Origin: Bacteroidales bacterium
GTDB lineage: Bacteria; Bacteroidota; Bacteroidia; Bacteroidales; UBA1715
Direction: 5' to 3'
Assembly: GCA_017552705.1 (NCBI GenBank)
Contig: JAFZOY010000116.1
Location: forward strand, 24,310 to 88,309
Length of the DNA stretch: 64,000 nt
Positions 44,305 to 55,230 of this stretch are shown here, in pieces. The position numbers were made by a program, and so were the translations under genes. How positions within the stretch are numbered: position 1 is the stretch's first letter; each line of letters opens with the position of its first letter. The notes under the pieces are model-generated. The model was not told the DNA's origin, made no database searches, and saw nothing but the letters and a program-made list of their open reading frames with translations.

Positions 44305-47181
44305 TTACAGCGTTCTCGACACTTCTTTTTCCTCGAAGGCTTCAATCATATCGCCCTCTTGAATGTCGTTGTAATTATTGATGCTCAAACCGCATTCAAA
44401 GCCTTTCGTCATCTCTTTCACATCGTCTTTCACCTTACGCAACGACGACAATTCGCCTGTAAAGATAACGATACCATCGCGGATTATGCGGACTTTCGAC
44501 GAACGCATAATTTTTCCGTCGGTGACAAAACAACCAGCAACGGTGCCGACTTTCGAGATTTTGAACACTTGGCGCACTTCGCAACTTCCTGTAACTTCTT
44601 CCTTGATTTCCGGAGAAAGCATACCTGCCATTGCGTCTTTCACCTCGTTGATTGCATCGTAAATGATTGAATACAAACGGATGTCGATTCCCATTTTTTC
44701 CGCCAAACGACGCGCATCAGTTGATGGACGTACTTGGAAACCAACGATGATAGCCTTCGATGCCGAAGCCAACAAAACATCGGATTCCGAAATCTGACCA
44801 ACAGCCTTATGTTTGATAACAACTTGGATTTCTTCGGTTGACAATTTCAACAACGCATCGGACAATGCTTCGATTGAACCACCAACATCACCTTTCACAA
44901 TCAAGTTCAATTCCTGAACATTTCCAATCTTAATCTTGCGGGCAATATCTTCAAGTGTTTCAGGTTTCATTGCACGCAATTCCTGTTCACGTTGTAGACG
45001 TTCGCGCTTGCTTGCTATGTCGCGAGCCTCACGTTCCGATGCCATCACATGGATTTTATCGCCTGCCTGCGGAGCTCCGTCGAGACCGAGAACCATCACT
45101 GGCATTGACGGTCCAGCTTCAGTGATTCGCTGTTCACGTTCGTTGAACATAGCTTTGATTTTTCCTGCATGCATACCAGCAAGTATCACATCGCCTACAT
45201 GGAGCGTTCCCGAACTTATCAAGATATTCGTGCTATATCCACGACCTTTGTCGAGTTTTGATTCAATAACAGTTCCTTGAGCCGGTTTGTTCGGATTAGC
45301 CTTCAACTCAAGCATATCAGCCTCAAGAAGAACTTTTTCCATCAACAAATCCACGTTTTTACCGAATTTAGCGGCAATTTCCTGTGATTGGTATTTTCCG
45401 CCCCATTCTTCAACAAGATAATTCATATTTGCAAGTTGCTCACGAACTTTGTCAGGATTTGCGCCTGGCTTATCTATCTTATTGATAGCAAATATGATAG
45501 GAACGCCTGCGGCAGCAGCGTGGTTGATTGCTTCCACCGTTTGCGGCATCACTTGGTCGTCGGCAGCCACAACGATAATCGCGATGTCGGTTACCTGAGC
45601 ACCACGGGCACGCATTGCGGTAAACGCTTCGTGACCTGGCGTATCAAGGAATGTGATTTGACGGCCATTTGCAAGTGTAACATTGTATGCACCAATATGT
45701 TGCGTGATACCACCAGCTTCACCGGCAATCACATTCGACTTACGGATATAGTCGAGCAACGACGTTTTACCATGGTCAACGTGACCCATAACCGTTACGA
45801 TCGGTGGACGAGGCAACAAATCTTCAGGTTTATCCTCAACTTCTTCGATGGATTCCTGAGTGTCGGCACTTACGAACTGTACTTCGAAACCGAAGTTTTC
45901 AGCAATCATTTGAATTGTGTCGGCCTCCAAACGTTGGTTCAACGAAACCATCAAACCAATATCAAAGCAAGCCTTGATAATATCCATCGCAGGAATATTC
46001 ATCATTGCCGAAAGGTCGTTGGCTGAAACAACATCGGTAACTTTCAGGATTTTTTCCTGTTCCTGTTGTTCCAATTCCGCCAATTCCATTTCCTGACGGA
46101 TTTTCTCCTTCTTGTCGCGGGTGTGTTTCGACGTATTGGTTTTTCTACCCATACTGTCGAGTTTGGTACGAACGTCCTTAATATTACGTTCAACCTCCTC
46201 TTCGTTCACTTCTTCGCGGAAGAAACCGTGTTTTCCATGTTTATTTTTGCCATTCTTACCATTCTTGTCGAATTTAGAAGGCTTTCCTTCCTTGCCTCCG
46301 AATTCGTCTCTCTCGTCGATGTTCACCTTTCCCGATTTGATTCGTTCACGGTGTCCTTTCTTGGTCGGACGAGTGTCGGATGGTTGCGAAGCAAGGTCAA
46401 CACGGCCAACAACCTTTGGTTTCCCTGCAACAGGAATTTCTGTTTTTATGAAATTGTCTTCGTCATCAACAACTTTTCTTTCCTTTTGTTCCGCATTTGC
46501 TTGTGCAGCAGCTTTTTGCTGTGCCACAATTTTCTGCTGTGCAAGTTGTTTTTCCTTACGTTCCTGTTCGCGTTCCTTACGAGTTTTCTTATCGGGACGG
46601 GTTTTCTGGTTTATCGACGAAAGGTCGATTTTTCCAAGCACTTTCACCGAGTCAACCTGCGGTGTTGACAATTTGAAAACTTCTTCCTCAACAGGTTCCG
46701 ATTCTACAGGAGTTTCAGGAATTTGTTCTTCCTCAACAACTGGTTCCGGCTCAACAACAGGAGCAGGTCCAGGTTCTTTCGGAGTTTGTGTTTTTTCTTC
46801 AGCAATTGATTCCGTTTTTTTCTTTTTCACGGGAGTTGTAGGCTTATTTACTTCGGCAAGATTTACTTTTCCTACAACTTTTGGCCGTTCAAGTTCAGGT
46901 TTTTTAATTTCGATAACCTCTTCTTTCGGGGCTTCTGGTTCTTCATCAACCGGCAACGAAATAGATTCCTTCGCTCTACGGGTTTCAGACAAATCTACAT
47001 CCTGGGCTTCTTGTTTTTTAACCGACTCAGGCTGGAATTCCTTTTTAAGCAATTCATACATCTCGTCCGTAATCTTCGCATTCGGATCACGTTCGATTTT
47101 GAAATTGTTCTTTTCGAGGAAATCCACGATAGTGTCCAATCCTAAATTAAATTCTTTTGTTACCTTACTGATTCTTGCCAT
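44305..47181 (-). CDS. infB: Translation initiation factor IF-2
   Basis: [29 protein letters not shown]. Lys/Glu-rich N-terminal region. ATG at 47181 (MARISKV). Confidence 0.97.
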   Translation of the reverse strand: MARISKVTKEFNLGLDTIVDFLEKNNFKIERDPNAKITDEMYELLKKEFQPESVKKQEAQDVDLSETRRAKESISLPVDEEPEAPKEEVIEIKKPELERPKVVGKVNLAEVNKPTTPVKKKKTESIAEEKTQTPKEPGPAPVVEPEPVVEEEQIPETPVESEPVEEEVFKLSTPQVDSVKVLGKIDLSSINQKTRPDKKTRKEREQERKEKQLAQQKIVAQQKAAAQANAEQKERKVVDDEDNFIKTEIPVAGKPKVVGRVDLASQPSDTRPTKKGHRERIKSGKVNIDERDEFGGKEGKPSKFDKNGKNGKNKHGKHGFFREEVNEEEVERNIKDVRTKLDSMGRKTNTSKHTRDKKEKIRQEMELAELEQQEQEKILKVTDVVSANDLSAMMNIPAMDIIKACFDIGLMVSLNQRLEADTIQMIAENFGFEVQFVSADTQESIEEVEDKPEDLLPRPPIVTVMGHVDHGKTSLLDYIRKSNVIAGEAGGITQHIGAYNVTLANGRQITFLDTPGHEAFTAMRARGAQVTDIAIIVVAADDQVMPQTVEAINHAAAAGVPIIFAINKIDKPGANPDKVREQLANMNYLVEEWGGKYQSQEIAAKFGKNVDLLMEKVLLEADMLELKANPNKPAQGTVIESKLDKGRGYSTNILISSGTLHVGDVILAGMHAGKIKAMFNEREQRITEAGPSMPVMVLGLDGAPQAGDKIHVMASEREARDIASKRERLQREQELRAMKPETLEDIARKIKIGNVQELNLIVKGDVGGSIEALSDALLKLSTEEIQVVIKHKAVGQISESDVLLASASKAIIVGFQVRPSTDARRLAEKMGIDIRLYSIIYDAINEVKDAMAGMLSPEIKEEVTGSCEVRQVFKISKVGTVAGCFVTDGKIMRSSKVRIIRDGIVIFTGELSSLRKVKDDVKEMTKGFECGLSINNYNDIQEGDMIEAFEEKEVSRTL

Positions 47182-47226
47182 AATTATCAATTGCTTTGTT
47201 ACTTTGTTATATTGTCAGAATGAAAA

Positions 47227-48489
47227 CTAATCTTCAAACTCCTCTTTCAGTATGCGCAACACGTCGTCGATTGTTTCTTCCTCAAGGTCAGTACGTTTCA
47301 ACAATTCTTCCTTGCTCAGACGCAATACGCTCTTGGCTGTGTCGCAACCAACTTTCTGGAATTCTTTGATTACCCATTCGTCGATTTCGTCGGTGAATTC
47401 TTCCAAATCCACATCTTCTTCTTGTTCCACATTGTCGCGATAAACTTCGATATCGTAGCCCGTCAACTGGATTGCAAGTTTGATGTTCGCACCACCCTTA
47501 CCGATTGCCAACGAAACTTGGTCAGGTTGCATAAACACCTCGGCACGTTTTTTTGCCTCGTCAATATTGATTGAAGTGATTTTTGCAGGACTCAACGCAC
47601 GTTGAATATACAATTGTGGGTTCGATGAATAGTTAATCACATCGATATTTTCATTTTTCAATTCACGAACAATTCCGTGGATACGTGAACCTTTCATACC
47701 AACGCATGCGCCCACTGGATCGATTCTGTCGTCATAAGATTCCACAGCAACTTTTGCTTTTTCGCCCGGAATACGAACGATTTTCTTGATAGTGATTAAA
47801 CCATCGAAAATTTCAGGAACTTCGAATTCAAACAAACGTTCCAAGAAATATGGCGATGTTCTTGAAATAATGACAAGCGGAGTGCCGTTTTTCATTTCAA
47901 CACGTGCCACAACACCTCTCACTGTATCGCCCTTGCGGAAACGGTCAGATGGGATTTGTTCCGATTTCGGCAAATACAAATCGTTGCGTTCATCGTCGAG
48001 AACAAGGATTTCCTTTTTCCAAACATTATATACCTCACCAGTAACGATTTCACCGATTTGGTCTTTGTATTTTTCGTAGATGTTGTTTTTCTCCAAATCC
48101 ATAATTCTCGAAATCAGGTTCTGGCGAATCGACAACACTTCGCGGCGGCCGAAATCTTCAATGCTGATTTTATCAGTTACATCTTCACCGATTTCGAAAT
48201 CTTCGTCGATTTTTTGAGCATCCGAAAGAGAAATCTGACTCAACGCATCTTTAAAATCCTCATCTGCAACCACTTCGCGGTTGTGCCAAATTTCAAAGTC
48301 GCCTTTGTCAACATTTATAATAATGTTAAAACTTTTCTTGATAGCTTCATCATCCTCGATGTTGAACTTACGTTTTAACAAATTACTTAAAACTTCTTCC
48401 AGAATTTTCTGCATAGTAGGACGATTGATATTTTTATCAACCTTGAATTCCGAAAAAGCTTCTGCCAAATTTTGATGTTCTACTTTCAT
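47227..48489 (-). CDS. nusA: Transcription termination/antitermination factor NusA
   Basis: S1 and KH regions: GEIVTGEVYNVWKKEILV, DPVGACVGMKGSRI, LAIGKGGANIKLA. Confidence 0.95.
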   Translation of the reverse strand: MKVEHQNLAEAFSEFKVDKNINRPTMQKILEEVLSNLLKRKFNIEDDEAIKKSFNIIINVDKGDFEIWHNREVVADEDFKDALSQISLSDAQKIDEDFEIGEDVTDKISIEDFGRREVLSIRQNLISRIMDLEKNNIYEKYKDQIGEIVTGEVYNVWKKEILVLDDERNDLYLPKSEQIPSDRFRKGDTVRGVVARVEMKNGTPLVIISRTSPYFLERLFEFEVPEIFDGLITIKKIVRIPGEKAKVAVESYDDRIDPVGACVGMKGSRIHGIVRELKNENIDVINYSSNPQLYIQRALSPAKITSINIDEAKKRAEVFMQPDQVSLAIGKGGANIKLAIQLTGYDIEVYRDNVEQEEDVDLEEFTDEIDEWVIKEFQKVGCDTAKSVLRLSKEELLKRTDLEEETIDDVLRILKEEFED

Positions 48490-48520
48490 CGCTTTACAAT
48501 TGTTTTTTTGGTACTAAATT

Positions 48521-49000
48521 TTAGATTATCTTATTTTTGAACATTATTACACATTCAGTTTTTTGAATATCGGCAAACGGTATTTCCGTTGTGAATTCCA
48601 TTTCTTTTTTCTTGTTTTTTGGTGGAACTTTCACCACATCAATGTGTTTTACCGTAACCGACTCGTCGCCCACGGCGAGCAATTCACCTTGGTATTTGCG
48701 GGCAGCGGTTGTCACAGTCACCATTTTTCCAATATTCTTCAAATATTGACGGCGAACCTTGAAAGGTTCCGACAAGCTTACCGACGAAACCGTCAACTCG
48801 AAATCCTCATCGTCGCGATTGAGGTTGCTTTCGATAAAACGGCTCAACTCCACGCACGTGTCAATGTCAACCGACGAATCCGCGTCAATTTCAACCATAA
48901 TCACATTTGCAGCCGAAATCGACAACGAAACCAAAAACATATCAGTGCCTTCGGTGAACTTCGCTACTAATGATTCTATTTTCTCCTTCGCTATCGCCAT
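48521..49000 (-). CDS. rimP: Ribosome maturation factor RimP
   Basis: Position upstream of nusA; size and pattern ...VEIDADSSVDIDTCVELSRFIE...FELTVSS. Confidence 0.88.
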   Translation of the reverse strand: MAIAKEKIESLVAKFTEGTDMFLVSLSISAANVIMVEIDADSSVDIDTCVELSRFIESNLNRDDEDFELTVSSVSLSEPFKVRRQYLKNIGKMVTVTTAARKYQGELLAVGDESVTVKHIDVVKVPPKNKKKEMEFTTEIPFADIQKTECVIMFKNKII

Positions 49001-49012
49001 TATTTAATTTGT

Positions 49013-49043
49013 ACAAAAAAAGAGGGGACTTGTTCGTCCCCTC
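49013..49043 (-). terminator. Intrinsic-terminator-like hairpin inside the rimP-nusA-infB leader (candidate attenuator)
   Basis: Minus sense: TATATTTG box (49063-70), then GAGGGGAC-gaacaa-GTCCCCTC, then TTTTTTT, then 14 nt to the rimP ATG. Confidence 0.55.
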
Positions 49044-49146
49044 AAATCAAATTTTCACAGCGCAAATATAACTAATTTTCGCAAAATCAAATGTTTTTGC
49101 CAGTTTTTGTTTATTTTCGGCAACGTTTTCTATAGAATTTGACAAA

Positions 49147-50511
49147 ATGAAACTGATACACACTATTATCTGCATCTGTATTGCATACTGCGGATTTGCA
49201 GCGGAATACACTATTTCGTTAGCGGTAAACGGATTCGGTGGACAAAAAACATATCTCACGAAAGTGGAGGGCGACCTTGCAATTCTAACCGACACGCTCA
49301 CCGCCGACCGCTATGGTTTGTTCAAAACCACGTTCACCGACGACAACGAAACAGGATTCTATAAGTTTATTTTCCCGCAATTGAACAACGCCGAAGTTCC
49401 GTTTATTTTCAACAAAGAAAGCGTTGCAATTTCCACCGAGGCAATCAATCCAAACGCATACATACAAATAATGATGTCGAAGGAAAACGACCTATACTAT
49501 CAGTTTTTGAAGAAAAACGCCATTTTCAACAATCAAGTGGAATTGCTCGAAAACATCTACGACAACTACCTCGGCGACGATTTCCGCGCACAAACGGAAC
49601 AGGAATATCTCCGTTTGATTCAGCAATATTCAAGCGACATCGCCAATTTATACGAACGGGGCAAAGGAACTTTTGCCTGGAAAATCATTAAATCATCGAT
49701 AACCCCTGTTCCACCAATGCTTCTTCCGCAGTCGGAGAAAAATGCTTTTTTGAAAGCCCATTTTTTTGACGATGTTGATTTTGCCGACACGTCGCTCATC
49801 AACTCCGAAGTTTTTACCGCAGCAGCAATCCATTATCTGTCGGTTTACACACAGCAAATCCAGCAGTCCAATAAAAACGCCATTTTTATGTCGGCGGTTG
49901 ACACAATTTTGGACAAGGCATCGGTGAACGAAACCACCTATGAATTCATTGTAAACTATCTTCTCGGCGGCTTTGAGTCAATGGGTGCAAACGAAATCGT
50001 TTCATATATTTCGCAGAAGTATTTAACGGAAAATTCGTGCAGCAACGGAGAAAAAACAACATTGCAACGCAAAGCGCTCAGCAACACCGAACTTGCTGTG
50101 GGGAAACATGCTCCTCTTGACATTCTTTCTGCCATGAATTCAAAGAAAGACATTGATTTCGCTTCGGAAAACATAGCGTTGGTATTTTGGGCGACGTGGT
50201 GCGGCCACTGCGTTGAGGCGGTGCCACAACTTGTTGAGCACTATGCGGAATTGTCGAAACCAAAATACAAACTCATAACCGTGTCGCTCGACACAACCAC
50301 CAACGACTGGGAAAATTTCATCAACGAACATCCAAAGTTCAACAAGTCACGCAACTTGATTGACACCAACGGTTGGGACGGAGAACTTGCCGAGTCGTAC
50401 TACATCTACGCAACCCCGACTATTTATTTGATTCAGGCGGGGAAAATCGTGGCGAAACCCGTCGAAGTCAATGAATTTTTCAAAACTGTAACTCGGCTGA
50501 AATGGGAATAA
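49147..50511 (+). CDS. TlpA-like thiol:disulfide oxidoreductase with N-terminal extension
   Basis: Signal peptide MKLIHTIICICIAYCGFA. Thioredoxin motif ALVFWATWCGHCVEAVP. Confidence 0.75.
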   Translation: MKLIHTIICICIAYCGFAAEYTISLAVNGFGGQKTYLTKVEGDLAILTDTLTADRYGLFKTTFTDDNETGFYKFIFPQLNNAEVPFIFNKESVAISTEAINPNAYIQIMMSKENDLYYQFLKKNAIFNNQVELLENIYDNYLGDDFRAQTEQEYLRLIQQYSSDIANLYERGKGTFAWKIIKSSITPVPPMLLPQSEKNAFLKAHFFDDVDFADTSLINSEVFTAAAIHYLSVYTQQIQQSNKNAIFMSAVDTILDKASVNETTYEFIVNYLLGGFESMGANEIVSYISQKYLTENSCSNGEKTTLQRKALSNTELAVGKHAPLDILSAMNSKKDIDFASENIALVFWATWCGHCVEAVPQLVEHYAELSKPKYKLITVSLDTTTNDWENFINEHPKFNKSRNLIDTNGWDGELAESYYIYATPTIYLIQAGKIVAKPVEVNEFFKTVTRLKWE

Positions 50512-50882
50512 AAATACTTCGATACGCGCCTACAATTCTATGGTTTGCAGGGATTTTAGTGGCAAGTTTTATATCGTCAAGCCACATCAGCCCCAAACTA
50601 TACTTGTTTCCACATCAAGACAAAGTAATACATGCGTGTATGTATTTAGGATTAGCCTTTTTATTTCTTTGCAACAGCCGTCATTTCTTTCCACTCACAC
50701 TCAAATTCATTGGCATTTCGGTCGTGGTAATCTGCATCATCAGCGGCACCATAGAAATTTTGCAACCAATACTCAGCAACCGCTCCAACGACATGTTCGA
50801 CCTTGTGGCAAACAGCACTGGAGCAATTTTGGCAGGCGGAATTGTGTATGGGGCGAGAAGGAAGTTGGGGAAAGAATTATAA
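50502..50882 (+). CDS. VanZ-family membrane protein
   Basis: Four TM segments; DKVIHACMYLGLAF, RSNDMFDLVANSTGA. Confidence 0.7.
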   Translation: MGIKILRYAPTILWFAGILVASFISSSHISPKLYLFPHQDKVIHACMYLGLAFLFLCNSRHFFPLTLKFIGISVVVICIISGTIEILQPILSNRSNDMFDLVANSTGAILAGGIVYGARRKLGKEL

Positions 50883-50902
50883 CCATACATTAATTATTAA
50901 CA

Positions 50903-50934
50903 AAAAACGCAACACTTTTCAGCATTGCGTTTTT
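50903..50934. terminator. Bidirectional terminator between vanZ-like gene and ahcY
   Basis: AAAAACGCAA (50903-12) / TTGCGTTTTT (50925-34), 12-nt loop, A-run and T-run flanks. Confidence 0.7.
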
Positions 50935-50954
50935 ATTTGACAAATCTATAACGA

Positions 50955-52388
50955 TTAGTATTTGTAAATATCCGATTTATAAGGACCTTCGATAGGAACG
51001 CCAAGATATTCGGATTGTTTCTTGGTAAGTTTCGTGAGTTTCACGCCAAGTTTGTCAAGGTGAAGACGGGCAACTTTCTCGTCGAGTTTCTTCGGCAAAG
51101 TGTAAACTTTTGTCTCGTAGCTCTTGTTGTTGGTGAACAACTCGATTTGTGCCAATGTCTGGTTTGTGAACGAAGCCGACATTACAAAACTTGGATGTCC
51201 TGTTGCACAGCCGAGGTTCAACAAACGACCTTCTGCCAAAATCAACACACTATGACCGTCGGGGAATGTCCATTGGTCATATTGTGGCTTGATGTTTTTC
51301 TTCTTGATTCCTGGTATTTTTGCCAACTCAGCCATCTGGATTTCGTTGTCGAAGTGGCCGATGTTGCCCACAATCGCCATATTTTTCATTTTGCTCATGT
51401 GCTCAGCCGTTATAATGTCGCAGTCGCCAGTGGTGGTAACATAAATGTCACCATATTCCAAGGTGTCTTCAACCGTCAACACTTGATAGCCTTCCATTGA
51501 TGCCTGCAAAGCACATATTGGGTCAATTTCCGTCACAATCACACGTGCACCTTGTCCGCGAAGCGATTGGGCGCAACCCTTACCAACGTCACCGTAGCCG
51601 CAGACAACGGCAACCTTGCCAGCCAACATCACGTCGGAGGCACGCATAATACCGTCGGTCAACGAGTGGCGGCAACCATACAAGTTGTCGAATTTCGATT
51701 TTGTAACAGAATCGTTCACGTTGATTGCAGGGAAAGGAAGAATGCCTTGCTCAGCCATTTGGTACAAGCGGTGAACGCCAGTTGTTGTTTCTTCGGAAAC
51801 GCCTATGATGTTTTTCTTTTTGTTTGTCCAGAATAGAGGATCTTGTTTCATCGTCTCGCGACACATATCCAAAATCACGCCCCATTCCTCAGAATCAGTA
51901 TCAGGATTGAAATCAGGAACTTTGCCTTCAGCCTCGAATTGAGAGCCGCGAACCACGATTAAGGTAGCATCACCACCATCGTCAAGTATCATTGTGGGAC
52001 CAGTTCCGTCAGGCCACGTAAGGGCTTTTTTCGTACATTCCCAGTATTCTTTCAACGTTTCGCCTTTCCAAGCAAATACGGGAGTTCCCTGTGGATTGTC
52101 GATTGTCCCGTTCTTGCCCACGACAACTGCTGCTGCTGCATGGTCTTGAGTCGAGAAAATGTTGCACGAAGCCCAACGCACGTCGGCCCCTAGTTCCACC
52201 AATGTTTCAATAAGAATTGCCGTCTGTACGGTCATGTGCAACGAGCCACTGATTTTTGCACCAGCAAGCGGTTTCTTACCTTTATATTCAGCACGGAGAG
52301 CCATCAGCCCCGGCATTTCAATCTCAGCCAAATCAAGTTCCTTACGTCCCCATTCAGCCAATTTGATGTCTGCTACTTTGTATTCCAT
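50955..52388 (-). CDS. ahcY: Adenosylhomocysteinase
   Basis: [17 protein letters not shown]...[14 protein letters not shown]-type pattern, [29 protein letters not shown]. Confidence 0.97.
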   Translation of the reverse strand: MEYKVADIKLAEWGRKELDLAEIEMPGLMALRAEYKGKKPLAGAKISGSLHMTVQTAILIETLVELGADVRWASCNIFSTQDHAAAAVVVGKNGTIDNPQGTPVFAWKGETLKEYWECTKKALTWPDGTGPTMILDDGGDATLIVVRGSQFEAEGKVPDFNPDTDSEEWGVILDMCRETMKQDPLFWTNKKKNIIGVSEETTTGVHRLYQMAEQGILPFPAINVNDSVTKSKFDNLYGCRHSLTDGIMRASDVMLAGKVAVVCGYGDVGKGCAQSLRGQGARVIVTEIDPICALQASMEGYQVLTVEDTLEYGDIYVTTTGDCDIITAEHMSKMKNMAIVGNIGHFDNEIQMAELAKIPGIKKKNIKPQYDQWTFPDGHSVLILAEGRLLNLGCATGHPSFVMSASFTNQTLAQIELFTNNKSYETKVYTLPKKLDEKVARLHLDKLGVKLTKLTKKQSEYLGVPIEGPYKSDIYKY

Positions 52389-52407
52389 TATCTATTGTTT
52401 AGTTTTG

Positions 52408-52415
52408 CAAAAATA
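52408..52415 (-). promoter_or_regulatory. -7 box TATTTTTG of ahcY
   Basis: TAnnTTTG match 20 nt upstream of ATG 52388. Confidence 0.5.
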
Positions 52416-52704
52416 CAAAATTGCACCTAAAATCATACATGATTTATCGCTTTGTACATATCATTGCCAATTTTGCTTTTTAAACGACCAGAGGAAAAAT
52501 TGTTCGTTGCGGATTTTTCCAGAAAAAATCGCCGATACTTTGTGAAAGCGTATCAAAATCATACAACTTTCATAGGTTATTGGCGATGGAGTTATTTTGT
52601 ATATTGAACATTTATGTGATTATCTTTTTATTCTTCAAAAAGAAATGATATAGAAAAAAAACTTATTTTTGAAGAACGATTCTAAAACATTATTTTGAAT
52701 ATTA

Positions 52705-55230
52705 ATGAATAATGGTGTCAAAATAGGTGTAATAATTGCGACATCCATGTCTCGTACAGACGAACTGTTCGGAATGTCTTTAAACTCCGTGTTGAAACAA
52801 ACCTTGCAGCCAGAGTGTATTGTCGTGGTTGATGACAACAATGACAGCAAAATCTCCGAAATTATAAAAAATCAAATAGAAGGCATCGAAAACCCATCTA
52901 TTCACTATATCAAAAACATACGTACCAAAAATATGTCGGGAACAGGTGCATGGAACACAGGTGTCGATTATTTGACTGAAAAACTAGGCTATGATAGCTT
53001 TTTTGCAATCTTGGACGATGACGACAGTTGGGATAACAAATATTTGGAAACCGTTTGTAAGACCATTAATAACAACCCTGACTCTATCGCCGTTTTTGCA
53101 TTTTTAAAACGTAGCGATTGCGAATCCGAATCAAAAATTACTAATGAAGACTTAACCGTAGATAGTTTTCTCATTGGAAATCCTGGCATTCAGGGGTCCA
53201 ACATGTGTTTTAAAATACACAATTTTAGGAGCATTGGCGGTTTTGACGAAAACCTTGCAAGCTGCACAGACCGGGATCTGATGATAAGGTTTTTGCAAAA
53301 TAATGACAAAAACAACATCTCAATTATTCCACAAAAACTTGTCAATCATTTTACATCTGACAAAACAGTAACATCTAATTTCGAAAAGAAAAAAGCAGGA
53401 TTAGATTATTTTTATAAAAAATATATTGATCTATTTGATTTTCCTGTCTTGGACAAGTCATTATTAAGGGCAGAAAAGTTTTTTCATTATGACGGACGTG
53501 CAAACATTGAAAAATTATATCGGCAGACACATCCAGTTTTAATAACAGGCGTTTGCGGCTTCATAGGCTCACATATCGCTCAACAACTGATTAGTCTTGG
53601 CTATTCTGTTGTTGGTATTGACGATTTAAGTACAGGCACCATTGTAAATGTTAGCAAGTTAAGGAGAAACGTCAATTTTGAATTGCACATTTTTTCATTA
53701 CTTGATAATAAAAAATTGGACGAATTATTTGACAAATACAATTTTAATGCGGTTTTACATTGTGCGGCACTGCCAAGAATCAAATACTCAATGGATTATC
53801 CCAACGAAAGTTTTTGCGCAAACGTTACAGCAACGAAAAAACTTGCCGAAATTAGCCGGAAACACCACATAAAAAGATTTGTATTCTGTTCATCATCATC
53901 TGTTTATGGAGAATGTCAAAACGTCATAATGAATGAAAATGATGATCTTCGTCCGATTTCACCATATGCCAAGCAAAAAGCAGAAGCGGAACAAATCTTG
54001 GCAAAAACATTTGAGAACAGCGAAACAATTCTGCTGATTTTCAGACTTTTCAACGTATATGGTTTTTCGCACCAACCTACCAACATATATTCAACATTGG
54101 TCAACAACTTGATAAACAATGCCATATACAATGAGCAGCTGACAGTAAACGGCAATGGTATGCAAAAACGAGATTTTACGTATGTTGGTGACGTCGTAGA
54201 CGCTTTTGTTAAAGCTTTGGAGTTTTTTGATTCTAAAAACCACGTCAACATAATCAACATCGGAACAGGCACAAACCATTCTGTAAACGAAGTAGCAGAT
54301 TATGTAAGTCAGATTACAGGTAGAAAATATACAATACAAATCAATGTTGAGCCATCATTTACATTAGCAGATAATAGTTTGGCAGACAAAATGTTAAATT
54401 GGAAACCGCAAACCGCCATCATATCAGGGCTCAAAACGGTTTATAAACAAACTGTGCAAAACCAAATCATTGCAATAGGCATAGCAATGCACAACAATGC
54501 TTCTACAATTCGTCGATGCCTTAAATCTGCACTTGGACAGGCCAACTGCAAACGCAAATTACTCTTTGTTTTGGCAGACGACCAATCTTCAGACAATTGG
54601 AATGATGAAATTGCTGATTTGCTAAATGACGAAAGAATAATAGTGATGCATTTACAAAACTCCAATGTTGTAAAAACTCGCAATATGATCAATGATTACA
54701 TCAAATCTAAAATTGGAAATGTGGCACTAATTGGACGGCTGGACGCAGATGACGAATATGCATCAAAAACCGTTTTGGCTGAAATAGAGAGTATTTATGA
54801 CACGGAAAATCCTGATTTGATTCTTGCAGGAAATTACCTAAGACAAAACGGGAATATAATCCAAAGAAAAAATCTTGCTGTAAAAGATTTGGCAAACATT
54901 GATTATGTTTTGAAACGGTTGAAACAAATGTCAGAAAATAATGCCGAAGGAGAACTGCCATCATGCAATCTGATTGCAAAACCTAAAGTTCTCATACAGT
55001 ACCCTGACATCCGTAGTGGCGAAGATCATGCATTATTGGTGCATTACCTAATCAACCAGGACAAATACAAATTGTATTTTGCAGAAGATTTGCTTCTAAC
55101 AATATACAATCTTGGAGGTAACACAACATCTAAAAATATTAAAACACAAAAGCATAAAATTTGTCGTGAGCAATTATATAAAAACACATTGGAATTATGC
55201 AAAATGAAAAAAGAAAGCAAAAGGCAATAG
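52705..55230 (+). CDS. Tri-domain fusion: GT2 glycosyltransferase - NAD-dependent sugar epimerase/dehydratase (SDR) - GT2 glycosyltransferase (841 aa)
   Basis: N-terminal GT-A: IGVIIATSMSRTDELFGMSLNSVLKQT..IVVVDDNND, FAILDDDDSW. SDR: VLITGVCGFIGSHI, SSSSVYG, YAKQK. C-terminal GT-A: IAIGIAMHNNASTIRRCLKSALGQ, VLADDQSSD, RLDADDEY. Confidence 0.8.
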   Translation: MNNGVKIGVIIATSMSRTDELFGMSLNSVLKQTLQPECIVVVDDNNDSKISEIIKNQIEGIENPSIHYIKNIRTKNMSGTGAWNTGVDYLTEKLGYDSFFAILDDDDSWDNKYLETVCKTINNNPDSIAVFAFLKRSDCESESKITNEDLTVDSFLIGNPGIQGSNMCFKIHNFRSIGGFDENLASCTDRDLMIRFLQNNDKNNISIIPQKLVNHFTSDKTVTSNFEKKKAGLDYFYKKYIDLFDFPVLDKSLLRAEKFFHYDGRANIEKLYRQTHPVLITGVCGFIGSHIAQQLISLGYSVVGIDDLSTGTIVNVSKLRRNVNFELHIFSLLDNKKLDELFDKYNFNAVLHCAALPRIKYSMDYPNESFCANVTATKKLAEISRKHHIKRFVFCSSSSVYGECQNVIMNENDDLRPISPYAKQKAEAEQILAKTFENSETILLIFRLFNVYGFSHQPTNIYSTLVNNLINNAIYNEQLTVNGNGMQKRDFTYVGDVVDAFVKALEFFDSKNHVNIINIGTGTNHSVNEVADYVSQITGRKYTIQINVEPSFTLADNSLADKMLNWKPQTAIISGLKTVYKQTVQNQIIAIGIAMHNNASTIRRCLKSALGQANCKRKLLFVLADDQSSDNWNDEIADLLNDERIIVMHLQNSNVVKTRNMINDYIKSKIGNVALIGRLDADDEYASKTVLAEIESIYDTENPDLILAGNYLRQNGNIIQRKNLAVKDLANIDYVLKRLKQMSENNAEGELPSCNLIAKPKVLIQYPDIRSGEDHALLVHYLINQDKYKLYFAEDLLLTIYNLGGNTTSKNIKTQKHKICREQLYKNTLELCKMKKESKRQ

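Noticed and set aside
46112-47230. 372-aa plus-strand ORF (and 46066-46668), among the longest ORFs in the track
   Set aside because: It lies entirely antisense to infB, and its Ser/Phe/Cys-rich low-complexity translation is the mirror of the Lys/Glu-rich IF-2 N-terminal region. It has no start context and no motifs.
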